From: Chloroflexota bacterium
Lineage (GTDB): Bacteria; Chloroflexota; Anaerolineae; Aggregatilineales; UBA3940
Length of the DNA stretch: 64,000 bases
Assembly (NCBI GenBank): GCA_036679085.1
Contig: JAZIGM010000057.1
Location: 146,635 to 210,634, forward strand
Direction: 5' to 3'
The position numbers and the translations under genes are program-made. Position 1 is the first letter of the stretch. Every line of letters starts with the position of its first letter. Positions 10,404 to 19,795 of the stretch are shown in pieces. The notes beneath the pieces are model-generated. The model worked only from the letters and a program-made list of their open reading frames with translations. It made no database searches and was not told where the DNA came from.

Positions 10404-11165
10404 TTGGAAACCCTGACCGTCATCACCGCGACGCAGGACCCTGAGCGCTACGACGACTTCGGCAGGGCCACGCTCGACGTGTGGCCCGAGTTTATGCTCC
10501 ATTCTGCCGTCTCGCTGAGGCTGTGGCAGCACCTCACCCTGGACTTCCCCGACTACCAGTTCCTGCTGCTCAACGCCAAGGGGCAGCCCGTCGCGATGGG
10601 CAACAGCATCCCGTTCCGCTACGAAGGCGGGATTGCGGACCTGCCCGACGAGGGTTGGGAGTGGATCTTGCAGAAAGGGGTTGACGACCTCGCCGCCGGG
10701 CGCGAGCCGAACATGGTATCTGCGCTCCAGATCAAGGTGGCAACGTCGTTTCAGGGGCAGGGGATCAGCCACGAGGCCGTGCGGGCGATGCGCCAGGTTG
10801 CGGCGGCGCACGGCTTTGACACACTGGTCGCGCCGGTGCGTCCCTCGCTCAAACCGAACTACCCGCTCATCCCGATAGAGCGCTATGCCTTCTGGACGCG
10901 TGCGGACGGCCTGCCCTTCGACCCGTGGCTGCGTGTTCATGCCCGACTGGGCGGGGAGATCGTCAGGGCATGCCCGAAGTCGATGCGCATCACCGGGACC
11001 GTCGAGGAGTGGGAGGCCTGGACGGGGATGGCCTTTCCGGAGAGCGGCACGTACACAGTTCCCGGCGCGCTGGAGCCGGTCGAGATCGACCGCGAGCGGG
11101 ATGTAGGCGTGTACGTGGAGCCAAACGTGTGGGTATGCCACCAGTTGAGCCCGCGGGAGGACTGA
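10404..11165 (+). CDS. GNAT-like acetyltransferase family protein (start uncertain)
   Basis: The track ORF starts at 10326 inside the repeat cluster. TTG at 10404 follows GGAGGAGAGG. The sequence VSALQIKVATSFQGQGISHEAVRAMRQVAAAHGFDTLVAPVRP looks GNAT-like. Confidence 0.55.
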   Translation: METLTVITATQDPERYDDFGRATLDVWPEFMLHSAVSLRLWQHLTLDFPDYQFLLLNAKGQPVAMGNSIPFRYEGGIADLPDEGWEWILQKGVDDLAAGREPNMVSALQIKVATSFQGQGISHEAVRAMRQVAAAHGFDTLVAPVRPSLKPNYPLIPIERYAFWTRADGLPFDPWLRVHARLGGEIVRACPKSMRITGTVEEWEAWTGMAFPESGTYTVPGALEPVEIDRERDVGVYVEPNVWVCHQLSPRED

Positions 11166-11169
11166 CACC

Positions 11170-11418
11170 GTGTTTGAACTCGATTCGCTGGCAAAATGGC
11201 TGATCGCGCTCGGCCTGGGCGTCGCCGCCTTTGGCCTGCTGCTGTTCCTGCTGGGGCAGATCCCCGGCACCGACCGGCTGGGGCGGCTCCCCGGCGATCT
11301 ACGCTTTGAGCTGGCGGACGGGCGCATCTCGTGCTTCGTACCGATTGTGAGTTCGATCCTTCTGAGCATTATCCTGACTATCGTGCTGAACGTGATTATC
11401 CGGCTGTTTAACCGGTAG
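11170..11418 (+). CDS. DUF2905-like small membrane protein
   Basis: 82 aa; two TM segments; GRLPGDLRFE...FVPIVSSILLSIILTIVLN. Confidence 0.7.
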   Translation: MFELDSLAKWLIALGLGVAAFGLLLFLLGQIPGTDRLGRLPGDLRFELADGRISCFVPIVSSILLSIILTIVLNVIIRLFNR

Positions 11419-11484
11419 AGGCCGGGGCCGCTCGCCCCTGCCGCTTTTTGAACCCGGCATCTTCTCAGCCAGAGAGAACGGCTC

Positions 11485-12387
11485 ATGACACGACCATCCG
11501 CAAAGATGTGGGCACTGTGGGCGCTCGGCGGGGTGCTCGTCGCGGCGGCGCTGGCCTGCAACGCCGCCGGGCTGCGCAGCGATGAAGGCACGCAGGCGAC
11601 GGTCGCCGCCGTCTATGCCACGATCACCGCGCAGGCCATGACGGCAAGCCCCGACGATCCCGACGCTATCGCAACCGCCACTGTTGAACCCGGCAGCGAG
11701 GACGACGAGGAAGGCGGACTCACGCCCGCCGCCCCGAACGCGCGCCCTGGCAACGGCCAGGCGCTCAGCGTGCCGCGCTGTACGGGCAGCATCACGATTG
11801 ACGGGCTGCTCGGCGATGCCACCTCCACCACCTCGGTGACGCTCGCCGACAACACCTTTGGCCGGGGGCAGTGGACCGGCGTGGGCGACCTCTCCGGCGA
11901 GGCGCAGCTCTGCTGGACGGATACCGCGTTGTACGTCGCTGTAGACGTGACCGACGACGTGCGCGTGCAGACGCAGGAGGGCAGCACCATGTGGCGCGGC
12001 GACGAGGTTGAACTGTTCCTCGATGGTGATCTGCGTGGTGATTTCTACTCCAACATACCCAGCAGCGACGACGTACAGCTCGGGCTTTCGCCGGGCAACT
12101 TCGAGAACCTGTCACCGTCGGCGGTGCAGTACCGCCCCGACGTGCGCAGCGCCGATGTGACCATCGCCGCGCAGCGAACGGACAGCGGCTACACACTCGA
12201 AGCCGCCGTGCCCTGGTCGCTGCTGCGCGTCCAACCGGCGGCGGGGCAGGTCTACGGCTTCTGCCTGGCACTGAGCGACAATGATCAGGTGGGCCAGGCC
12301 AGCCAGGACTCGATGGTGAGCCACTGCCCCAACCTGATCACGAACGACCCGACGACGTGGTCCACCATCGAACTGCTCGGCGGCTAG
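11485..12387 (+). CDS. secreted carbohydrate-binding (CBM9-like) domain protein
   Basis: 300 aa; signal-like N-terminus; LCWTDTALYVAVDVTDD, GDEVELFLD, YTLEAAVPWSLL. Confidence 0.55.
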   Translation: MTRPSAKMWALWALGGVLVAAALACNAAGLRSDEGTQATVAAVYATITAQAMTASPDDPDAIATATVEPGSEDDEEGGLTPAAPNARPGNGQALSVPRCTGSITIDGLLGDATSTTSVTLADNTFGRGQWTGVGDLSGEAQLCWTDTALYVAVDVTDDVRVQTQEGSTMWRGDEVELFLDGDLRGDFYSNIPSSDDVQLGLSPGNFENLSPSAVQYRPDVRSADVTIAAQRTDSGYTLEAAVPWSLLRVQPAAGQVYGFCLALSDNDQVGQASQDSMVSHCPNLITNDPTTWSTIELLGG

Positions 12388-12467
12388 CGGCAACTTGCGG
12401 GAACCATCCGCCATCCCGGCACGTTACATAGCTGACAAAGAAAACCAGCCTGCCCGGCATCACGCGG

Positions 12468-13385
12468 GTGGGCGGTGAGAAAGGGATGGACATGAACCGC
12501 ACTTTCACACCCATCGTACTGATACTGCTTGTTGTGCCACTGCTCGTGGCCTGCGCCGCCGCAGGCCCGGATGTAGAACTGCCCGAAGACGAGGGCGGCG
12601 CGGAGGGCGAGGCCCCTCTGCAGGGCGCGAACGGCGATGCGGCTGAAGAAGATGCCGCCGAGGAAGAGTCCGCCGAGATGAACAGCGACGCGCTGGAGCT
12701 TGCCGGTACATCGTGGCTGCTGCTGACCCTGAACGGCGAGCCGCTCATTGAGGACACCGAGATCACGCTGGAGTTTACCGAGACGGATGCCGCCGGTAAC
12801 GCGGGCTGCAACCACTACTCCGGCGCGTACACGCTGGACGGGGACGCGCTCACCGTCGAGGAGATCATCTCCACGATGATGGCCTGCCTGGAGCCTGAAG
12901 GCGTGATGGAGCAGGAGACCGCCTACCACACCGCGCTGCAGAGCGTCGCGAGCGCTCGCATTGTAGACGGCCAGCTTGAACTGCTCGACGCGGACGGGAA
13001 CGTCGTGCTGACCTACGCGGAGCAGCAGCCGCCCGCCGACGCCGAGCTTGAGGGCACGCAGTGGGTGCTGGAGTCGTTCATCAGTGGCGACGCCGTTTCC
13101 TCAACCCTCGTGGGCACGACGCTCACCGCCGTGTTCGAGGACGGCACGATCACCGGTGAGGCAGGCTGCAACGGCTACGGCGGCACCTACACCGTCGAGG
13201 GCAACAGCCTGACCATCACCGAGGTCGTCTCGACGATGATGGCCTGCCTGGAGCCTGAAGGCATCATGGATCAGGAGGCGCAGTTCCTGGCGCTGCTGAA
13301 CAGCGCCGAGAGCTACGAGATCGAGGGCAGCACGCTCACGATCATGAGCGGCGACGGTCAGGGGCTGGTCTTCCGGGCGGAGTAA
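12468..13385 (+). CDS. lipoprotein with two tandem META (HslJ-like) domains
   Basis: 305 aa; lipobox LLVAC; duplicated GCN.Y.G.YT..G..LT..E..STMMACLEPEG block 120 codons apart. Confidence 0.8.
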   Translation: MGGEKGMDMNRTFTPIVLILLVVPLLVACAAAGPDVELPEDEGGAEGEAPLQGANGDAAEEDAAEEESAEMNSDALELAGTSWLLLTLNGEPLIEDTEITLEFTETDAAGNAGCNHYSGAYTLDGDALTVEEIISTMMACLEPEGVMEQETAYHTALQSVASARIVDGQLELLDADGNVVLTYAEQQPPADAELEGTQWVLESFISGDAVSSTLVGTTLTAVFEDGTITGEAGCNGYGGTYTVEGNSLTITEVVSTMMACLEPEGIMDQEAQFLALLNSAESYEIEGSTLTIMSGDGQGLVFRAE

Positions 13386-13527
13386 CCTCTCACCCCGCGC
13401 GAGCCCGTCTGTGATGGCTCGCTTTGCCCCTCTCCCGAGGCGCAGCAAGCGCCGGTTGTGGGAGAGGGGCTTTTGGTTCGTCCGCAATGCCCCGACGCTG
13501 AGCGTCGGGGCGGGGGTCAGGGGTTTC

Positions 13528-16500
13528 TTAGAACCCCTCCAACCGGCTCAGGTCCACGATGCCGGAGGCCAGCGCGACGATGTGCTGCAGCAGCGCCAGC
13601 CGGTTCTGCCGGATGGCCGGATCCTCGTGCATCACCAGCACGCCGCCCTCGTCCGCCGGGGCGAAGAAGGTAGAGATAGCGGGCACCATCGGCGCGAACA
13701 CCGTCAGGAACCCGTCCACGTCCGCATCCGGACCGATGTTCCTGGCCGCCGACTGGTACGCCTTGACGAGCGCCTTCTCCGCAGGCTCGGCAAACTGCTT
13801 CGGCGCGAGTTCGTACGTCTCCTCCAGGTTGCGCGTGATGCGGGCGCAGCGTGCGTATGCGTCGAGGATGGCGGGCCAGTCCTCGCGGCGCGTCCACTCA
13901 GCGAGCTGCCCCGCGTAGCGGTAGGCCTGGTAGGGGTTGTGCCCCTGCTCGGCGATAACCGCCTCGACGACATCATGAGGGAACTCCTCGCGCAGCACGC
14001 CCGCCAACCGCCCTGCGATGAACGTCAGGACGGTTTCGCGGTGCTCCGGCGTGATGAACGTCTCGCCAAGCTCGCGCATGTAGCCCTGCGCGGCCCACTC
14101 GACCGCCTGCCGCAGGTCGAGGTCGATCCCCCGCTCGATGAGGATCTGCACGACGCCGAGCGCCGCCCGCCGCAGCCCGTACGGGTCGGCAGAGCCGGTT
14201 GGCTGGAGGCCCACCGCGAACAGCCCGACGAGGCTGTCCAGCCGGTCGGCGAGCGCGACGACCACCCCGGCAGGCGACTCCGGCAGCGCGCCGCCCGCCG
14301 AGCGCGGCATGTAGTGCTCGGCGATGGCCTGCGCCACCTCCTCCGGCTCTCCCGAACTGGCGGCGTACTCCCGCCCGACAAGCCCCTGCAGTGATGTCAT
14401 CTCGACAACGAGCGAGGTGGCGAGGTCGGCCTTTGCCAGCCGCGCCGCGCGGATCACGTGCTCCAGATCGCGGTCGGACTCGATGCCCAGCCGCGCCGCC
14501 AGCCGCGCCGCCAGCCCTTCGAGGCGCACGGCCTTGTCGTAGTACGAGCCAAGATCCTCCTGGAAGATCAGCGATTGCAGTTCGGGCAGGTAATCGGCCA
14601 GAGGCCGCTTGCGATCCTCGTTGAAGAAGTAGCGTGCATCCGCGAACCGGGCGCGGATCACGTGCTCGTTGCCCGCCCGCACCACGTCAAGGTGCTCGGC
14701 GTCGCCGTTGCGCACCGCGATGAAGTACGGCAGCAGGCGGCCATCCCCATCCACAACGGCGAAGTAGCGCTGATGCTTCTTCATGACAGTCGTCAGCACG
14801 ACATCGGGCAGCTCAAGATACTCCTCGGAGAACGAGCCGATGAGCGCCGTCGGCTGCTCGACGAGGTTGGTGACCTCCTCCAGCAGTTCGGGGTCGTCCA
14901 GCACGTAGCCGCCCACGCTCGTCGCAAGCGCCTCGACCTGCTCGCGGATCGCCTCGCGCCGCGCCTCCCGGTCGACGATCACGCCCATGGCTTCAAGGCG
15001 ACTGAAGTAGTCATCCGGGCTGCTGATCTCCACCTCCGGCGAGCGGAGCGGGCGCGGACCGCGCGTCACCCGGCCCGAGGCCACACCCGCGTACTGGAAG
15101 GGCACGACCTCGCCGCCGAGCAGCGCCACGTACCAGCGGATCGGGCGCGAGAAGGCGACGCCGGTCGCGTTCCAGCGCATCGAGCGGTCGAAGTGCAGGC
15201 CCGCCACCAGCCGGGGCAGCAGCCCGGCAAGCACCTCGGCGGCGGGGCGGCCTTCCTCGCGCACAATCGCCACCACGTACTCGCCGCCGTTGATCTCACG
15301 ACGCTCCAGGTCCTCTACGGCGATGCCCAGCCCCCGCGCGAAGCCCTCCGCCGCGCGGGTCGGGTTGCCGTCGGCGTCGTACGCGGCCTTGACGGGCGGG
15401 CCGCGACGCACGATCTCCTCGGCACGCTGGCTCGGCGCCAGCCCATCGACCAGCACAACCAGCCGGCGCGGCGTGCCCGTCACGCGGATCGACTCATAGG
15501 CCAGCCGGGCCTCGTCCAGCAGCGCCGGGACGCTCTGCTCAAGCTGCGCGATAGCCGCGTCGAGGTCGGCGGCGGGCAACTCCTCCGTGCCGATCTCCAG
15601 CAGGAAGGGCGCAGGCTCCGTCGGGTACGCGCCCACTGCGGGCGGCGGCAGTTCCGGCTGCGGGACGCTGACCGTGCCCGTCTCCGGGTCTACCTGCCAG
15701 CCATCGGGCAGCCAGGGGTACTCCATGCGCGCGCGCTGTTCGACATACGCCCCCGCCACCTGCGAGGCGAGGCGCTGCATCCGCCGGAAGTACTCGGCAC
15801 GCTCCACCACGCCGATCGCGCCGCGCGTGTCGAGCACGTTGAACAGGTGCGAGCACTTGAGCAGGTAGTCATGCGCGGGGAGCACCAGTGGCGGATCCTG
15901 TGCCAGCGCGCGCTGCGCCTCGCGCTCGTAGGTGTTGTAGACCTCGCGCAGACGGTCTACGTCCGCCACCTCAAAGTAGTAGCGGCAGTGCTCGATCTCG
16001 GACTGAAGCAGCAGGTCGCCATACCGCCAGCCCTCGCCCCACCGGATGTCCCACACCGCATCGACGCCCTGCAGCGCCAGCACGATACGCTCCAGCCCGT
16101 AGGTGATCTCGACGGAGATGGGCATCAGCGTTTGGCCGCCGGCCTGCTGGAAGTACGTGAACTGCGTGATCTCCTGCCCGTCGAGCCAGACCTCCCAGCC
16201 GAGGCCCCACGCGCCGAGCGCGGGCGACTCCCAGTTGTCCTCGACAAAGCGGATGTCGTGCTCGCGCCGGTCGATGCCCAGTGCCTCCAGCGATTGCAGG
16301 TACAGCTCCTGCGGGTTGCCGGGGTCGGGCTTGAGGATGACCTGAAACTGGTAATGCTGCTGCATGCGGTTGGGGTTGTCGCCGTAGCGCCCATCATCCG
16401 GGCGGATGGACGGCTCAACATAGGCCACGCGCCACGGCTCCGGGCCGAGCACGCGCAACGCGGTGGCGGGGTTCAGCGTGCCCGCGCCGACCTGCACGTT

Positions 16501-16587
16501 GTAGGGCTGCCAGATCACGCAGCCCTGCGCAGACCAGAACTGCTGCAACCGCATGATGACTTCTTGCAGAGATAGAGGCTCGCTCAC
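13528..16587 (-). CDS. glyQS: glycine--tRNA ligase, fused alpha and beta subunits
   Basis: Alpha-subunit N-terminus ([29 protein letters not shown]) continues into beta-subunit sequence in one ORF. I prefer GTG at 16587, preceded by GGAGGTGA, over the track start 16653. Confidence 0.93.
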   Translation of the reverse strand: MSEPLSLQEVIMRLQQFWSAQGCVIWQPYNVQVGAGTLNPATALRVLGPEPWRVAYVEPSIRPDDGRYGDNPNRMQQHYQFQVILKPDPGNPQELYLQSLEALGIDRREHDIRFVEDNWESPALGAWGLGWEVWLDGQEITQFTYFQQAGGQTLMPISVEITYGLERIVLALQGVDAVWDIRWGEGWRYGDLLLQSEIEHCRYYFEVADVDRLREVYNTYEREAQRALAQDPPLVLPAHDYLLKCSHLFNVLDTRGAIGVVERAEYFRRMQRLASQVAGAYVEQRARMEYPWLPDGWQVDPETGTVSVPQPELPPPAVGAYPTEPAPFLLEIGTEELPAADLDAAIAQLEQSVPALLDEARLAYESIRVTGTPRRLVVLVDGLAPSQRAEEIVRRGPPVKAAYDADGNPTRAAEGFARGLGIAVEDLERREINGGEYVVAIVREEGRPAAEVLAGLLPRLVAGLHFDRSMRWNATGVAFSRPIRWYVALLGGEVVPFQYAGVASGRVTRGPRPLRSPEVEISSPDDYFSRLEAMGVIVDREARREAIREQVEALATSVGGYVLDDPELLEEVTNLVEQPTALIGSFSEEYLELPDVVLTTVMKKHQRYFAVVDGDGRLLPYFIAVRNGDAEHLDVVRAGNEHVIRARFADARYFFNEDRKRPLADYLPELQSLIFQEDLGSYYDKAVRLEGLAARLAARLGIESDRDLEHVIRAARLAKADLATSLVVEMTSLQGLVGREYAASSGEPEEVAQAIAEHYMPRSAGGALPESPAGVVVALADRLDSLVGLFAVGLQPTGSADPYGLRRAALGVVQILIERGIDLDLRQAVEWAAQGYMRELGETFITPEHRETVLTFIAGRLAGVLREEFPHDVVEAVIAEQGHNPYQAYRYAGQLAEWTRREDWPAILDAYARCARITRNLEETYELAPKQFAEPAEKALVKAYQSAARNIGPDADVDGFLTVFAPMVPAISTFFAPADEGGVLVMHEDPAIRQNRLALLQHIVALASGIVDLSRLEGF

Positions 16588-16717
16588 TATCAAATCACCT
16601 CCGACGGGCGATGGATCAGATTTCGTTGTCCGGGGGCAGACGCCTCCCGGCACGCAGCCGGGCGCGCCCGTATCGTCGCCTTCGAGTTTAACGCGGAAAT
16701 TCTAACATGGCAGGGAA

Positions 16718-17140
16718 GCCGGGCAATAAATTGCCCGGCTATAAGGCGGCTGCGCCGCCGCGAAGTCCCCTATCGGGGACTTGTTTATGTTCGGAGCATC
16801 GCCTCAGAGGGCAAGAGTCCCGCAGGGACCTGGCGGGATAGCAAAGCCATCCCTTTTAGCCGGGGAATCAATTCCCCGGCTACCCTCACCCCGGGTGAGC
16901 CACCTGCGGCGCCTCGCCCTGCCCCTCTCCCGGGCGGCCACTATCGTGGCCTGGGAGAGGGGGCCAGGGGTGAGGGTTGTAACCCGCCACGGATGCAGGG
17001 ATAACGTATGTAGGGGCGGGTCTGAGACCCGCCCCTACCAAAGACGGTCCATAGCGTGAGGATAGCCGAGCATAAATCGTCCGGCGACGTGATAGCCTCG
17101 CTATCCGGGCGGCTGCGCCGCTCGCTTAATCGCCCTGCTA
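16718..17140. repeat. array of GC-rich hairpin modules (left flank of the transposase homolog; reverse orientation of the composite unit)
   Basis: gccgggcaataaattgcccggc, ggcggctgcgccgcc, gtcccctatcggggac, gggatagcaaagccatccc, ccggggaatcaattccccgg, cccctctcccgggc..tgggagagggg, gtaggggcgggtctgagacccgcccctac. Confidence 0.85.
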
Positions 17141-17159
17141 GGGCTTTGGGTACACTACT

Positions 17160-17678
17160 ATGCTAATTCCGGACAAGCCTTTAATTGCCGGGCGGGTAAT
17201 GATTACCGGGCAACCACAAAGGCGATACACCTTGGCATACTGGCGCCAATTCTTCCACATTGTGTGGGCGACGTATCGACGGCAGCCTCTTCTATCACCG
17301 GAAATCGAACCTCGCGTGCATCGAGTAATAACCGCGCTCTGCAGCGAACAGGGTGGTCAGGCATACGCTGTGAATGGAATGCCGGACCACATACATATGG
17401 TGACTACCATCCCGCCGACACTTTCCACTGCAACCTTTGTCAAGAAGCTAAAAGGGGCTTCGTCCCACTTTATCACCCACGAACTCGGTTGTCCTTTCCG
17501 CTGGGAGGCAGGGTACGGAGTCCTGACGATCAGCCAGCGGAACTTGCGACAGGCTATCGACTATGTGAATGGCCAGAAGCAGCATCATGAAGCAGGGCAA
17601 GTCTTCAAGGCTTATGAACTCTCGAGCACCAAGAATGATGGCCCGAAATCATTGAGGCTGAAACCAGCCAGCAGGTAG
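17160..17678 (+). CDS. IS200/IS605-family Y1 (HUH) transposase homolog, RAYT-like
   Basis: 172 aa; FFHIVWATYRRQPLL, HUH motif PDHIHMV, tyrosine helix AIDYVNGQKQHH; no tnpB partner. Alternative start ATG 17199, because the first ~55 nt contain hairpin-like sequence. Confidence 0.85.
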   Translation: MLIPDKPLIAGRVMITGQPQRRYTLAYWRQFFHIVWATYRRQPLLSPEIEPRVHRVITALCSEQGGQAYAVNGMPDHIHMVTTIPPTLSTATFVKKLKGASSHFITHELGCPFRWEAGYGVLTISQRNLRQAIDYVNGQKQHHEAGQVFKAYELSSTKNDGPKSLRLKPASR

Positions 17679-17689
17679 CCTTGTCAGGT

Positions 17690-17954
17690 GGAGTCCGCTT
17701 GCGGACTTCGCGGCGGCAAAGCCGCCTTGTAGCCCGGCAATTGATTGCCGGGCGGGATCTGGCAACCAAGCCACCAAGCCACCGCCCAGGAATAGAATTC
17801 CCGGGCTACAAGGGATAGCTTCGCTATCCCGCAAAGTGCCCTGACGGGCACTCCCAGCCCAAAGGGCCGGCGTCTCCCTGCGGGAGACGGAGTCCGCCTG
17901 CGGCGGACTTCGCGGCGGCGCAGCCGCCTTTTAGCCCGGCAATTGATTGCCGGC
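17690..17954. repeat. array of GC-rich hairpin modules (right flank of the transposase homolog; forward orientation)
   Basis: ggagtccgcttgcggacttc, gcggcggcaaagccgcc, gcccggcaattgattgccgggc, gggatagcttcgctatccc, gtgccctgacgggcac, gtctccctgcgggagac, ggagtccgcctgcggcggactt, gcggcggcgcagccgcc. Confidence 0.85.
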
Positions 17955-17986
17955 GCCAAATCCCCACCCACATCGCAAAATTCATG

Positions 17987-18015
17987 TTGACGCCTTACAC
18001 CACCCTTGCTATAAT
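17987..18015 (+). promoter_or_regulatory. sigma70-type promoter for tRNA-Asn: TTGACG-17-TATAAT
   Basis: TTGACG 17987-17992, 17-nt spacer, TATAAT 18010-18015; the tRNA starts 13 nt downstream. Confidence 0.6.
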
Positions 18016-18028
18016 TCCCCACGGTCGT

Positions 18029-18100
18029 TCCACCGTAGCTCAACGGCAGAGCATCCGGCTGTTAACCGGAGGGTTGCTGGTTCGAATCCAGCCGGTGGAG
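18029..18100 (+). tRNA. tRNA-Asn (anticodon GTT)
   Basis: Hand-folded cloverleaf: acceptor tccaccg/cggtgga, anticodon arm tccgg-ctGTTaa-ccgga, T arm gctgg-ttcgaat-ccagc; CCA not encoded. Confidence 0.9.
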
Positions 18101-18104
18101 CTAG

Positions 18105-18137
18105 GAAGCCCGGCTCGTGAAGCCGGGCTTCTTCTTG
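18105..18137 (+). terminator. hairpin with T-rich tail downstream of tRNA-Asn
   Basis: gaagcccggct-cgtga-agccgggcttc followed by ttcttg. Confidence 0.55.
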
Positions 18138-18176
18138 ATTGCCCGCACCTTCACAGCCTGTTATAATTGCCTCGTC

Positions 18177-18647
18177 ATGATGGATGAGCACGAGCGCTGG
18201 ATGCGAGAAGCCCTCGCCGAAGCCGAAAAGGCGGCGGCGCTGGGGGATGTGCCCATCGGCGCGGTGATCGTCCATGATGGCCGGGTCATCGGGCGCGGAT
18301 ACAACCGCAAGGAGCACGACAAAGACCCGACTGCGCACGCCGAGATCATCGCGTTGCGGCAAGCGGCGGCGACGCTCGGTGGGTGGCGGCTCGTCCCCGG
18401 CACGACGCTCTACTGCACACTGGAGCCGTGCGTGATGTGCGCCGGGGCGATGATCCAGGCGCGGCTGCCCAGGCTCGTCTGGGCGGCGGATGACCCGAAG
18501 GCCGGGGCGGGCGGCTCGGTGATGGACCTGCTACACCATCCGCAACTCAACCACCAGGTTGAAGTCATCAGCGGGGTGCTGGCCGAGGAAGCCGCCGAGC
18601 AGATCCGCGAGTTCTTCCGGGGGCTGCGCGCGCAGGGCAAGAAGTAG
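18177..18647 (+). CDS. tadA: tRNA adenosine(34) deaminase TadA
   Basis: MMDEHERWMREALAEAEKAAALGDVPIGAVIV, HAEIIALR, TLEPCVMCAGA zinc motif. Start moved to ATG 18177, in frame with track ORF 18117. Confidence 0.92.
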   Translation: MMDEHERWMREALAEAEKAAALGDVPIGAVIVHDGRVIGRGYNRKEHDKDPTAHAEIIALRQAAATLGGWRLVPGTTLYCTLEPCVMCAGAMIQARLPRLVWAADDPKAGAGGSVMDLLHHPQLNHQVEVISGVLAEEAAEQIREFFRGLRAQGKK

Positions 18648-18670
18648 TTAACAACCGCAGACGACCATAC

Positions 18671-18757
18671 GGAGGGGTGCCAGAGCGGACGAATGGGGCG
18701 GTCTCGAAAACCGTTGTAGCCTTCCGGCTACCGTGGGTTCGAATCCCACCCCCTCCG
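18671..18757 (+). tRNA. tRNA-Ser (anticodon CGA)
   Basis: Acceptor ggagggg/cccctcc, anticodon loop ctCGAaa, long variable arm gtagcc-ttcc-ggctac, T arm gtggg-ttcgaat-cccac. Confidence 0.9.
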
Positions 18758-18766
18758 CCTCAAAGC

Positions 18767-18796
18767 AAGAGCCACCTGAGGAATCAGGTGGCTCTT
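18767..18796. terminator. 13-bp perfect hairpin between tRNA-Ser (+) and the LysM gene (-)
   Basis: aagagccacctga-ggaa-tcaggtggctctt; convergent gene ends on both sides. Confidence 0.5.
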
Positions 18797-18827
18797 ATGA
18801 TTCGGATAAATGTTGCGCTGATCGCCG

Positions 18828-19598
18828 CTACCCGTAAATCCCCGCATCCGGGATGATCAGGACCTGCCCCGGGAAGATGAGGTTGGGGTTGCTGATCTTG
18901 TTGACCTGCGCAAGCAGCGATGTCGAGACACCGAACTTCCGCGCGATGAGGTTCAGGTAGTCACCGCGCTGCACGACGTAGGTGCGCGGCGTGCCTGTGC
19001 CGCCACCCGTCGGGATGATGAGCGTCTGCCCGGCGTAGATGGTCGTACCCGTCAGCCCGTTGGCCGCCTGGATGGCCGTCACCGTTGTGCCGAACCGCTG
19101 CGCGATACGGAACAGGTTATCGCCGCGCTGCACGACGTAGGTGTGGGGGCCGCCCGTGCTGCCCACTGGCACGAACACATGCTGGCCCGGGAAGATGAGT
19201 GAATGATTCGGCCCCCAGCCGTTCGCCGCGCGGATAGCCGACACGGTCGTGCCGTAGCGCTGTGCGATGCTGAAGAGTGTCTCACCTGCCGATACCCGGT
19301 GGACGATCACATTACCGGGTACGCCGCCGCCCGTCGGGATGACCAGCCGCTGCCCGACGTAAATAAGAGTGCCCGTCAGTCCGTTTGCCGCCTGAATAGC
19401 CTGTACGGTCGTGCCATATCGCTGCGCGATGCTGAAGAGTGTCTCGCCACGCTGAACCACATGGATGATGTTCTCAGCCTGCGTGTCAGCCGAGGGCGCA
19501 TCGGCGCTATGCGCGGATGCCGCCGCCGTGCTGAACAGTGCGACCGCAATCATGACCATTACAACGGCCAGCCTTATATAAACCTTCGCCCGCTTCAT
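18828..19598 (-). CDS. secreted protein with four LysM peptidoglycan-binding domains
   Basis: 256 aa; signal peptide; four repeats of V(V)QRG(E/D)(T/N)LF(S/R)IAQR(Y/F)GTTV.AI.AANGL. Confidence 0.9.
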   Translation of the reverse strand: MKRAKVYIRLAVVMVMIAVALFSTAAASAHSADAPSADTQAENIIHVVQRGETLFSIAQRYGTTVQAIQAANGLTGTLIYVGQRLVIPTGGGVPGNVIVHRVSAGETLFSIAQRYGTTVSAIRAANGWGPNHSLIFPGQHVFVPVGSTGGPHTYVVQRGDNLFRIAQRFGTTVTAIQAANGLTGTTIYAGQTLIIPTGGGTGTPRTYVVQRGDYLNLIARKFGVSTSLLAQVNKISNPNLIFPGQVLIIPDAGIYG

Positions 19599-19795
19599 GA
19601 TCGGTTCTCCCCCTGGATAACGTTGCTGCTTCTGCTATTCTCATTGTAATACAAGTCGCTCCTGCGCCATCCATCTTTTGTCGGAATGCCAGCACCACTT
19701 TCGACGGAAGTAGCGTCAAGAAACGCCTTTATATGTACAACGCGGGCCGCATGGCCCGCGTTCCATTTTTGGCAAAATTGGGAGAATCCGGGCGA

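Noticed and set aside
14458-16575. 705-aa plus-strand ORF opposite glyQS
   Set aside because: Antisense shadow ORF with no motif. glyQS on the other strand explains the open frame.
16588-16717. T-box or other riboswitch leader upstream of glyQS
   Set aside because: I looked for the T-box consensus (AGGGUGGNACCGCG-like) and specifier-loop architecture on the minus strand and did not see them. This was a visual check only; a covariance-model scan would be decisive.
17684-18043. ORFs reading through the hairpin arrays (17684..18043 minus, 43445..43981 minus, 54586..55214 minus) that share peptide strings such as GVPVRALRGIA
   Set aside because: The shared peptides only reflect translation of the same DNA repeat modules. 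The ORFs span intergenic arrays and have no start context or coding composition.
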